A stretch of DNA of 28,590 nt from Herpetosiphon gulosus (GTDB lineage Bacteria > Chloroflexota > Chloroflexia > Chloroflexales > Herpetosiphonaceae), in assembly GCF_039545135.1 (NCBI RefSeq), contig NZ_BAABRU010000004.1, positions 386,427 to 415,016 on the forward strand, written 5' to 3'. This document shows positions 1 to 7,795 of the stretch, in pieces (within the stretch, counting starts at the first letter, position 1; every line of letters starts with the position of its first letter). Below the pieces are notes generated by a model. The model searched no databases. It was not told where the DNA came from and saw only the letters and a list, made by a program, of their open reading frames with translations. The position numbers were made by a program, and so were the translations under genes.

Positions 1-351
1 GCAGTTGGTGGCATTCCTCGCCCAATTCAGGCTGAGCATAAAGTGCTTTATCACAGTGCGGCGGTGCTTTCGGCCAACTATGCCATTATGTTGGCGGCAC
101 GGGCGGTCGATTTACTGCAACTTTGCGGTTGGTCAGGCCAAGAAGCATTGCAAGCACTTGTGCCTTTATTACGCGATAACGTTGAAAATTTGGCTCGCGT
201 CGGCTTGCCCCAAGCATTAACTGGCCCATTGGCCCGTGGCGATTATGGCACGGTCGAGCGCCATCTCCAAGCCTTGGATGCCAATGCCCCTGATATTGCC
301 AGTTTGTATCGCGCCTGCATCGAGGCAACTCAACCGTTATTAAGAACATAG
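1..351 (+). CDS. C-terminal part of a Rossmann-like/DUF2520 domain protein (PanG-type putative ketopantoate reductase); 5'-partial, the ORF is open to the window edge
   Basis: Frame 1 is open from nt 1 and contains 'HSAAVLSANY...ALTGPLARGDYGTVERHL...LYRA', which matches the conserved core of DUF2520. It sits immediately upstream of panB on the same strand. Stop is TAG at 349-351. Confidence 0.6.
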   Translation, partial: AVGGIPRPIQAEHKVLYHSAAVLSANYAIMLAARAVDLLQLCGWSGQEALQALVPLLRDNVENLARVGLPQALTGPLARGDYGTVERHLQALDANAPDIASLYRACIEATQPLLRT

Positions 352-408
352 ATCAAAGAACATAGAACATAGCTGTCATGGTTTATCGCATGCACAACGG
401 CCAGCATG

Positions 409-513
409 CCCTCACCCCCTAGCCCCCTCTCCCGCACGCGAGGCGAGGGGGGATTCGCTCCGGCAGTGCTCCCCTCGCCCGCCGTCGTGGGAGAGGGGTT
501 GGGGGTGAGGGAA
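409..513. repeat. GC-rich nested palindromic intergenic element (family copy A)
   Basis: 'CCCTCACCCCCTAGCCCCCTCTCCC' (409-433) is the near-perfect reverse complement of 'GGGAGAGGGGTTGGGGGTGAGGG' (488-510). An inner arm pair 'GCGAGGCGAGGGG' / 'CCCCTCGCCCGCC' lies between them. A near-identical copy is at 21896-22000. Confidence 0.8.
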
Positions 514-564
514 AGCAATCTATTTTCGATATTTCAACATATTCAACCAAGCAAAGGAGCTACC

Positions 565-1431
565 ATGCGTACACAATTGAGCGATATTCAACGGATGAAA
601 GATCGGGACGAACGCTTGGTGATGGTCACAGCCTATGATTACACCAGCGCCCAACTGATCGATCGTACCGATATTCCGTTAATTTTGGTTGGCGATTCGC
701 TGGGGATGGTGATTCAGGGTAATAGTTCAACCGTGCCTGTAACCATCGATGAAATGGTTTATCACACCAAAGCCGTGATGCGTGGCAGCAGTAAAGCGCT
801 GGTGGTTGGCGATTTGCCTTTTTTGAGCTACACCAGCCCTGAACATGCCATCCAAAATGCTGGCAAGTTGATGCAAATTGGTGGTTGTGGTGCGGTCAAG
901 CTCGAAGGTGGCGTGAACATGGCTCCAACCGTGCGCCGCTTGGTCGATTTGGGCATTCCAGTGATGGGCCACTTGGGCTTTACCCCGCAATCAGTTAATC
1001 AAATTGGTATGCGGGTGCAGGGCAAAACCGTGGCCCATGCCCGCCAGTTGCTTGACGATGCCTTGGCACTTGAAGCCGCTGGAGCCTTCGCGATTGTCTT
1101 GGAGTTAATTCCAGCAGCCTTGGCCAAGGCGATCACGGCTCGCTTGCATATTCCCACAATTGGAATTGGAGCGGGGGTTGGTTGCGATGGCGAAGTGCAA
1201 GTTTGGCACGATATTTTGGGCTTGTATAGCGATCATCTGCCGCGCCACACCAAGCGCTATGCCGATTTGGGCAGCACAATTGAGCAAGCGCTTAATCAAT
1301 ATGCCCACGAAGTCCGCGAACGCAGTTTCCCAACTGCCGCTAATAGCAGCGTGATCGATGCCAATACCTTGGCTGAAGCGCTGGGCGAACAAACGGTTAG
1401 TGTTGGGGCAAGCGCCAAAGTCGCCGTCTAA
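565..1431 (+). CDS. panB: 3-methyl-2-oxobutanoate hydroxymethyltransferase (ketopantoate hydroxymethyltransferase)
   Basis: '[49 protein letters not shown]...' is the PanB fold. SD AAGGAG at 554-559 lies 5 nt before ATG 565. The longer ORF from 406 runs through the GC-rich repeat and was rejected as the start. Confidence 0.9.
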   Translation: MRTQLSDIQRMKDRDERLVMVTAYDYTSAQLIDRTDIPLILVGDSLGMVIQGNSSTVPVTIDEMVYHTKAVMRGSSKALVVGDLPFLSYTSPEHAIQNAGKLMQIGGCGAVKLEGGVNMAPTVRRLVDLGIPVMGHLGFTPQSVNQIGMRVQGKTVAHARQLLDDALALEAAGAFAIVLELIPAALAKAITARLHIPTIGIGAGVGCDGEVQVWHDILGLYSDHLPRHTKRYADLGSTIEQALNQYAHEVRERSFPTAANSSVIDANTLAEALGEQTVSVGASAKVAV

Positions 1432-1444
1432 ATAAACATTAAAT

Positions 1445-1478
1445 CAAATGTCCGCTGGGATTAATCAGCGGACATTTG
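1445..1478. terminator. Bidirectional rho-independent terminator between convergent panB and the HAD gene
   Basis: Perfect hairpin 'CAAATGTCCGCTG'-GGATTAAT-'CAGCGGACATTTG'. It has A-rich flank 'AATAAACATTAAAT' on the left and T-rich 'TTATTTAATT' on the right. Confidence 0.8.
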
Positions 1479-1482
1479 TTAT

Positions 1483-2259
1483 TTAATTGAATAATTCAGC
1501 GACTGATTCAATAATCGCGGTTGGGCGATAGGGATAGCGCTCGGCATCAATGCGCGTCATCATACCCGAAAGCACCAAGGCCGTGCGCATACCCGCCTCG
1601 GTTCCGCCGATAATGTCGGTATCCATGCGGTCGCCAATCATCATGGCTTCGGCAGCGTGTGATTCGATTGTGCGCAAAGCGGTACGCATCATCACTGGGT
1701 TGGGCTTGCCCACAAAATAGGCTTCGGCGTTGGTAGCGGCGCGAATTAAAGCCACAACTGCCCCACAGGCTGGTAAAATTCCACGCTCCGATGGCCCTGA
1801 AACATCAGGATTAGTACCAATCAAACGTGAGCCAGCGGCGACAAAGCGCACAGCTTGGGTGATGCGCTCAAAACTATACGAGGTCGTTTCACCAATCACT
1901 ACATAATCGGGGTCGTGCTCGGTCATGGTGTAGCCAACATCATAGAGCGCATTGGTCAAACCAGCCTCGCCAATCACAAAGGCCGTGCCATTGGGGCGTT
2001 GCGAATCGAGAAATTTGGCAGTAGCAAGGGCTGAAGTATAAATATCTTCAATTTCGAGCGGCAGCCCGATGCGGGCCAAACGAGCCTGTAAATCGCGGGG
2101 AGTATAAATTGAATTGTTGGTCAAAACTAAAAATTTACGCCCTGAAGCCCGTAACCGACCCAAAAACTCCGGTGCGCCAGGTATAATTTGTGCGCCGTGG
2201 ACTAAAACTCCATCCATATCACATAACACGGCGCGAACATCATCAAACTGATTCATCAC
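1483..2259 (-). CDS. HAD-superfamily subfamily IIA hydrolase (NagD-like sugar/nucleotide phosphatase)
   Basis: Motif I 'LCDMDGVL', motif 'LVLTNNS' and C-terminal 'GDRMDTDI' match HAD-IIA. SD GGGAGG lies 5-6 nt upstream of ATG at 2259. Confidence 0.8.
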   Translation of the reverse strand: MMNQFDDVRAVLCDMDGVLVHGAQIIPGAPEFLGRLRASGRKFLVLTNNSIYTPRDLQARLARIGLPLEIEDIYTSALATAKFLDSQRPNGTAFVIGEAGLTNALYDVGYTMTEHDPDYVVIGETTSYSFERITQAVRFVAAGSRLIGTNPDVSGPSERGILPACGAVVALIRAATNAEAYFVGKPNPVMMRTALRTIESHAAEAMMIGDRMDTDIIGGTEAGMRTALVLSGMMTRIDAERYPYRPTAIIESVAELFN

Positions 2260-2295
2260 AAGCCTCCCAAAACAAAGTGCGGGACGATAGGCCTA

Positions 2296-2372
2296 TTATA
2301 ATCCGAAAGGATGAGGGATGAGGGATGAATATCAAAAGGCAAAAGAGTAGGGGTCAGGGATCAGGGACTAGA
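2296..2372. repeat. Purine-rich intergenic repeat (family with 16862-17105 and 340-375)
   Basis: 'GATGAGGGATGAGGGATGA' and 'ATCAAAAGGCAAAAG' recur verbatim at 16862-16901. 'GGTCAGGGATCAGGGA' is related to the 'GATCAGGGA' / 'GGGGATCGG' motifs at 7738, 16970 and 17090. Confidence 0.7.
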
Positions 2373-2500
2373 GGTCAGGCATTACGCATAACGGGATAAT
2401 CACATCCATCTGTACAATCTGTGGCTAAAACGATAGCTTCATACACTTCGCGGTTGTAGCCCTTTGGCAGCATTGGGTTATTCAAGGATAGAATGTGCCG

Positions 2501-3226
2501 TCACAACGACGGCACATCTGGTTTAACCTGGGCTGCAATCAATAATTTGTTGGCACCTGTTGTGCCCAAACGGGTGCAACCATTGCTCAATAAGGCACGT
2601 GCCTGAGCTAGATCATGCACAAAATCAACTTTAATCCCCATGGCCGAATTGATCGTGCGACGAACATCGGCTACGAAATCGGCTGGCACGGTCACAAGAT
2701 CCAAATCGTGGGTAGCGGCTTGAGCACAGGCTCGCAGCAAGATTTGGTGATGATCGCAGGCAGTTAAGTTGAGTTTAAGCAATGGCTTGGGATCATATGA
2801 ACGTGGCAAGATTTCGCCGAGCCATGTTTCTAAGTGTTCCGCATCTCCAATGATCGGTTGAGGCACTATTAATTCAATTTCGGTAACTCCAAGCCGTAGC
2901 GCATGCTCAGCCTGTTCGCGATTGTCGGTCACAACCCCAACACGTAGCCCACTGCCAGCAGTCGCATCAACCCAGAGTTCAGCTTGCTCCAGTGGCACAA
3001 CCAAGCAGCCAATTCCGGCTTCGATCGCTTGTTGCGCTTGGCGTTGAAGCTGATCTAAACTTACTTGTTCGATAATGGTTTGATCAAGCAAGGCGGCCAA
3101 AGCACGGGGGGCATCGCTACGCGCGTTGGGCAAGCCCACCAGTTGAGCGCGTTCGCGCAGCGTGCGCAAGACCATTCGGCTAACCGTGGCTTCGACTGAA
3201 TGGCGAATTGTTGTCATCTCAATCAA
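2501..3226 (-). CDS. Hypothetical TIM-barrel-like protein, distantly DeoC/aldolase-like
   Basis: A 241-aa ORF with SD AAGGAG upstream of ATG 3226. Segments 'GCLVVP', 'LRVGVVTD', 'GVTEIELIV' and 'GIKVDF...GCTRLGTTGA' align loosely to DeoC blocks (cvNP / vctVigFP / GAdEiDmVi / vKASGG...RiGtSa). The 'FIKTSTG' lysine block is absent. Low certainty. Confidence 0.35.
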   Translation of the reverse strand: MIEMTTIRHSVEATVSRMVLRTLRERAQLVGLPNARSDAPRALAALLDQTIIEQVSLDQLQRQAQQAIEAGIGCLVVPLEQAELWVDATAGSGLRVGVVTDNREQAEHALRLGVTEIELIVPQPIIGDAEHLETWLGEILPRSYDPKPLLKLNLTACDHHQILLRACAQAATHDLDLVTVPADFVADVRRTINSAMGIKVDFVHDLAQARALLSNGCTRLGTTGANKLLIAAQVKPDVPSL

Positions 3227-3357
3227 CTCCTTTTAATCAAGCAATTGCACTAAGCACAAAAGCTTATGGTATTATCAGCGAAATGATCCGCGTTGTGGAT
3301 GACGATTTGATAACAACCAGTATGGGTCGATCTGCATTTCGACCCCAAGGATGAACT

Positions 3358-4344
3358 ATGCAAACCGAAGTGGAGCGTGTCACGGCAATGACGCACGAAC
3401 AACGTAACCCCATCAGCCCGCTCGACCTTGGCTGGGTCAATAGTATTCGCGTCAATCGCTCAGCGGTGGAGCGCCGCGTGAGTAGCTTGCCAAATCGGCG
3501 CACGGTTAAAAAAGATTGGCAGGCAGCTTGGCTGTTAAAAGCAATTAGCTGTATGGACTTAACCACCCTGTCAGGTGATGATACAGTTGGCACTGTCCAG
3601 CGTTTATGTTTAAAAGCCCGGCAACCAATTCGTGGCGATTTGGTCGATGCGCTCGGCATTCGCAGCCTCAACCTGACGGTTGGCGCTGTGTGTGTCTACC
3701 ATACCTTTGTTGCCACAGCAGTACAATCACTCCAAGGTACGGCCATTCCGGTTGCCGCAGTATCAACTGGCTTCCCCGCAGGGTTATCCCCCATGGAGTT
3801 ACGCCTGCGTGAGATCGAGGCTTCAGTTGCGGCGGGCGCTCGTGAAATCGATATTGTAATTTCACGCCATCTTGTGCTCAACGGCGATTGGCAAGGCCTA
3901 TACGAAGAAGTGCGGGCGTTTCGCGAAGCCTGCGGCGAAGCCCATATGAAAACAATTTTGGCTACAGGTGAACTCGGAACCTTGCGTAATATCGCACAGG
4001 CCAGCCTTGTTTGTATGTTGGCTGGCGCTGATTTTATTAAAACTTCGACTGGCAAAGAGCCAGTTAACGCCACCCTGCCAGTGTCGCTAGTAATGGTTCG
4101 GGCAATTCGCGATTACTATGAGCAAACTGGCTATAAAGTTGGCTTCAAGCCTGCTGGTGGCATCCGAACTGCTAAACAATCATTGGATTGGCTGGCGTTG
4201 ATCAAAGAAGAACTCGGCGATCAATGGCTACATCCACATCTGTTTCGCTATGGTGCGAGTGCCTTGCTAGGCGATATTGAACGTCAATTAGAGCATTATT
4301 TAACTGGCCAATATTCGTCGGCGATTCGCCATCCAATGGGGTAG
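3358..4344 (+). CDS. deoC: Deoxyribose-phosphate aldolase (long form)
   Basis: 'ISCMDLTTLSGDDT', 'GAREIDIVIS', 'GADFIKTSTGK' (Schiff-base Lys block) and 'VGFKPAGGIRT' are DERA hallmarks. SD AAGGA lies upstream of ATG 3358. Confidence 0.85.
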   Translation: MQTEVERVTAMTHEQRNPISPLDLGWVNSIRVNRSAVERRVSSLPNRRTVKKDWQAAWLLKAISCMDLTTLSGDDTVGTVQRLCLKARQPIRGDLVDALGIRSLNLTVGAVCVYHTFVATAVQSLQGTAIPVAAVSTGFPAGLSPMELRLREIEASVAAGAREIDIVISRHLVLNGDWQGLYEEVRAFREACGEAHMKTILATGELGTLRNIAQASLVCMLAGADFIKTSTGKEPVNATLPVSLVMVRAIRDYYEQTGYKVGFKPAGGIRTAKQSLDWLALIKEELGDQWLHPHLFRYGASALLGDIERQLEHYLTGQYSSAIRHPMG

Positions 4345-4348
4345 TGCA

Positions 4349-4714
4349 ATGAAACGTCTGGTTCGTGGGTTGCTGGCGAGTTTTATGGTATTGGTGGGCG
4401 TTTTACACTTTACCAATCCCAAGCCCTTCATCAAGATTGTACCACCTTCGTTGCCACGTCCGCGCAGCATGGTTTATCTCAGCGGCTTGTTTGAGATTTT
4501 GGGTGGGCTGGGTCTGTTGTTGCCAGGGGTTCGCCGTAAGGCTGGCTTAGGGTTGATGGCCTTATATTTGGCGGTTTTTCCGGCCAATATTCAAATGCTC
4601 AAGCAAAATCCACGGTTGTTTGGTAAACAACGCCCACTGCTGTTATGGTTGCGTTTGCCATTCCAACCTTTGTTGATCTGGTTGGCATGGTGGGTTTCGC
4701 GCGACGAAGCTTAG
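4349..4714 (+). CDS. DoxX-like family small membrane protein
   Basis: A 121-aa ORF with 3-4 hydrophobic spans. 'LAVFPANIQM' resembles the DoxX_2 signature. It starts 4 nt after the deoC stop and is probably co-transcribed. Confidence 0.55.
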   Translation: MKRLVRGLLASFMVLVGVLHFTNPKPFIKIVPPSLPRPRSMVYLSGLFEILGGLGLLLPGVRRKAGLGLMALYLAVFPANIQMLKQNPRLFGKQRPLLLWLRLPFQPLLIWLAWWVSRDEA

Positions 4715-4854
4715 TTACCCTGTCTCTAGCATTCCTAATTCAAGTATCGTTATTAAACCCGTCATCACCCATCCAATATGCTAAAAGCTCTAGCCTAGGA
4801 TGTTGTGCTGACGGGTTTTGGGTAATCGCGGCAATCCCAATAAGCTGAGGCAGT

Positions 4855-5391
4855 TTAGGTTTTACCTTTGGCTCCATCGTTGGGCATGGTCTTTTTGAAA
4901 AAGCTATTGGCCGCCGTGTGATAGATGATCACACCCTCAGGCTGCATAAAGCCAGCAACCATCCGACTACCATTCAGCCGCAAATCTTCTAAGCATGCAT
5001 CAATTTTGGCAGTATCAAAAATGCCATCGTAGAGCACCGGCACAACCTCGCAGCAAGCAGGGCGATTCGCATCATTCCAACGCGATGTATTGAACAAGGC
5101 AAAACGCCGTTCGTTCAGCCCATATTGACGCTTGCCAACACGGTGACCAAACCATTCGCCATGATGCGTACCAACCCCTAATTCAAGCAAGGCATTGTGG
5201 TTGGCGGCAACCCATGCTGCAAAGCCATAATTATCGTTCTCCACAGTCAGCCATTGACTACGACTGCCAGCCCGAATGTGGCCTTGTTCGTTAATTGCAA
5301 TACAGGCGTTTGTGCCGTCAATTTTCTCGGTCACAATCACTTGGCGCGAAAGCCGCGCAATTTTGGGAAACGCCACAAACTCATCACTCAT
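4855..5391 (-). CDS. RNA-ligase-like nucleotidyltransferase (KxDGxN motif I)
   Basis: 'FPKI...VTEKIDGTNACIAI' carries the covalent nucleotidyltransferase motif I (K-x-D-G-x-N) in the context typical of Rnl2-type RNA ligase domains. Size is 178 aa. SD GAGGTG lies upstream of ATG 5391. Confidence 0.5.
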   Translation of the reverse strand: MSDEFVAFPKIARLSRQVIVTEKIDGTNACIAINEQGHIRAGSRSQWLTVENDNYGFAAWVAANHNALLELGVGTHHGEWFGHRVGKRQYGLNERRFALFNTSRWNDANRPACCEVVPVLYDGIFDTAKIDACLEDLRLNGSRMVAGFMQPEGVIIYHTAANSFFKKTMPNDGAKGKT

Positions 5392-5482
5392 CGTTCACCT
5401 CATTTGCTGGGATGGTCAATTTAACATTGCCTAGCATAATCATAATTATTTGGGGCGTAATCAGTCGCAAGGAGTGGATTTT

Positions 5483-5533
5483 AACAAAAAGCCCCTCTCC
5501 CGCCGCAGTGGGAGAGGGGTTGGGGTGAGGGAA
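5483..5533 (-). terminator. htpG terminator formed by a half-copy of the GC-rich palindromic element
   Basis: Hairpin 'CCCCTCTCCC'-GCCGCAGT-'GGGAGAGGGG' (5492-5519) plus 'TTGGGGTGAGGGA'. On the - strand it is followed by the T-tract complementary to 'AACAAAAA' at 5483-5490. It lies 8-50 nt downstream of the htpG stop. Confidence 0.6.
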
Positions 5534-5540
5534 CCCAGAC

Positions 5541-7415
5541 TTATTGCTTTTTGGTTGCGGCAGCAATCAAGGCATGCACGCCGCTGATCAACTCGCTAGG
5601 GTTGGGATGTAAGCCTTCGCCCAACAAGGCTGTGCCATACAATTGTTGCACCGCAACGTTGAACAATTCGGCTTGATCTGGCTCGTCGAGCAGAGCTGCC
5701 AAGTTGTGCACGATCGCGTGGCGTGGGTTGAGTTCAAGAATCCGGCTTGGCACGCTATATTCTTGGCCCATCATGCGCCGAATGCGATCCATATCGCGGC
5801 CAAAATCATCGCTAGGCGCGGCCAAACGCACCGGGTTGCTACGCAGCAACTTTGAGCCACGCACTTCGCTGATTTGCTCGCCCAATAATTCTTTGATCCG
5901 GTCGCCAAGCTGACCGAGAGTAGCTGCTGAGAGCGAGCCTTCTAGCTCAACATCGTCGCCGGCAATATCGGCATCATCGACTGAGCGCAATTTTTTGCCT
6001 TGGAAATCGCGCAAGCTGGAAATGACAAAGCTATCGATCGTTTCATGCATCAATAGCACTTCGTAGCCGCGTTCGTTGAAATAATCGAGGTGCGGCGAAC
6101 GCCGAGCGGTTTCCACATTGTCGGCAATCACATAATAAATATCTTCTTGGCCTTCTTTCATACGCTCGACATACTCGCTAAGCTTGGTCAAGCCCTCGCC
6201 GTTAGTCGAGTGGAAGCGCAACAGTGGCTCGATTTGGCTGCGCGTGCCAGGATCGGTGACCAAGCCTTCTTTGAAATATGGCCCAAATTCGCGCCAAAAA
6301 TCAGCAAATTTTTCGGCATCATTTTCGGCCAAGGTTTCAATTTCTTTGGTAATTTTGTTGGTAATAATTTTGGCAATTTGGCGTAATGTGCCGCTGCTCT
6401 GCACGGTTTCGCGCGAGACATTCAACGGCAAATCTTCCGAATCGACCACACCTTGGACAAAGCGTAGATGCTTGGGCAACAATTCTTCGTTGCGCTCTTG
6501 AATGAGCACCTTGCGTGAATAAAGCTTCAAGCCTGGATCAGGAATTTGGCGCATCATGCCTTGCTCACGTTTGGAGGGCAAGAACAAAATTGCGTGCAAA
6601 TCGACCGGAGCATCGGTGCTAATGTGAACCGTGCTCAGTGGCTCATTGAAATCCATCGTAGTTTGGCGATAGAAATCATTATATTCTTCTTGGGTAACTT
6701 CGCGTGGCTGCTTGCGCCAAAGCGCCGTGCGTTGGTTGAGCACCTTCTTTTCGTCGCCCTCAGCCGAATAAATTGGGAAGGCCACAAAATTGGAGTGTTG
6801 GCGCACAATTTGGTCAAGCTTCCAGCGTTCGGCATATTCTTCGGCATCTTCTTTGAGCACGATTTCGATCGTCGTGCCACGTTCGCTGCGTTCGGCGGCT
6901 TCCAAGGTGTAGGTTGCTTCGCCGCACGATGTCCAGCGCCAAGCAGTTGCATCGGGCTGATACGACAACGAGGTGACCCGCACTTCATCGGCAGCCATAA
7001 ACACCGAGTAGAAGCCTACCCCAAATTGCCCAATAATTTCGCTGCTATTGGTTGGGTTGGCTTCGCCCAATTTTTGCAAAAAGGCCTTTGCGCCTGATTG
7101 CGCCACCGTGCCCAAATTCTTGATCATATCATCACGGGTCATGCCAATACCTGTATCGCTGATCCGAATGATCCGCGCATCTTTATCGGCTTCCAGCGTA
7201 ATCGCTAATTCAAGCTCAGGGTCGCGCACATCTTGGTTAGTGAGCATCTCAAATTGCACCCGATTCAAAGCATCGGAAGCATTCGAGATTAATTCGCGCA
7301 CAAAAATCTCGCGGTGGGTATACAGCGAGTGAATCAGAATATGCAAAACTTGTTGAATTTCAGCCTGGAATTGAAACTGTTCGCGCTCGTTGGCAACATC
7401 GTGTTGCTCAGCCAT
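5541..7415 (-). CDS. htpG: Molecular chaperone HtpG (Hsp90)
   Basis: N-terminus 'LISNASDAL' ATPase motif, 'ISDTGIGMT' and 'GQFGVGFYS' match bacterial HtpG. It is full length at 624 aa. SD AAGGAG lies upstream of ATG 7415. Confidence 0.95.
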   Translation of the reverse strand: MAEQHDVANEREQFQFQAEIQQVLHILIHSLYTHREIFVRELISNASDALNRVQFEMLTNQDVRDPELELAITLEADKDARIIRISDTGIGMTRDDMIKNLGTVAQSGAKAFLQKLGEANPTNSSEIIGQFGVGFYSVFMAADEVRVTSLSYQPDATAWRWTSCGEATYTLEAAERSERGTTIEIVLKEDAEEYAERWKLDQIVRQHSNFVAFPIYSAEGDEKKVLNQRTALWRKQPREVTQEEYNDFYRQTTMDFNEPLSTVHISTDAPVDLHAILFLPSKREQGMMRQIPDPGLKLYSRKVLIQERNEELLPKHLRFVQGVVDSEDLPLNVSRETVQSSGTLRQIAKIITNKITKEIETLAENDAEKFADFWREFGPYFKEGLVTDPGTRSQIEPLLRFHSTNGEGLTKLSEYVERMKEGQEDIYYVIADNVETARRSPHLDYFNERGYEVLLMHETIDSFVISSLRDFQGKKLRSVDDADIAGDDVELEGSLSAATLGQLGDRIKELLGEQISEVRGSKLLRSNPVRLAAPSDDFGRDMDRIRRMMGQEYSVPSRILELNPRHAIVHNLAALLDEPDQAELFNVAVQQLYGTALLGEGLHPNPSELISGVHALIAAATKKQ

Positions 7416-7658
7416 AGGTCTCTACTCCTTATAAAACACTTAATTGGGCTTAACTGCTAGTCCGATTGTAGCATAGCCCAGCCTGCTGCGAGAAGCTTGC
7501 TACGTTAGCGTTGTGTTGGAGATGCGCCCTAAGACCGAGGGCAGCCCAGTCAAAACTTGGTATAACTCAACTATTGTTTTGATTTGGAGGCGATTCATGC
7601 AAACACTATCAACGACTGCTGGCATCGTTTGGGTTGAGCAGCAGCAATTATAAATATT

Positions 7659-7748
7659 CCCCCTCTCCCATAAAGCGAAAATTGAGAAAATCACCTAACC
7701 AAACTCCCTTCTTCCTCAGTGGTAGGAAAAGGGTTGGGGATCAGGGAA
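7659..7748. repeat. Degenerate copy of the GC-rich palindromic element
   Basis: 'CCCCCTCTCCCA' ... 'AGGAAAAGGGTTGGGGATCAGGGAA' shares the CCCTCTCCC and GGGTTGGGG...GAGGGA arms of the family. The centre is diverged. Confidence 0.45.
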
Positions 7749-7795
7749 ATATGCGCTGCGGCTCAGCCAGTTGGGCTGAATCTTTCTAGCAGGAG

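Noticed and set aside
406-564. N-terminal extension of the panB ORF ('[36 protein letters not shown]...')
   Set aside because: It is a translation of the GC-rich palindromic repeat. The true start is ATG 565, which has an AAGGAG SD and begins the conserved PanB N-terminus.
3264-4073. Antisense ORFs (135, 125, 68 and 65 aa) inside deoC
   Set aside because: They are embedded opposite a well-supported conserved gene. They have no SD, and this is typical GC-rich antisense noise. The same applies to antisense ORFs within htpG (6090-7332), dnaK (15108-16838), the histidine kinase (18258-19127), the MTase (10393-10954) and the transposase (27823-28372).
7500-7694. 64-aa ORF on the - strand upstream of htpG
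   Set aside because: It has no SD and low-complexity content. It overlaps the repeat element and the better-supported + strand micro-ORF region. It is likely spurious.
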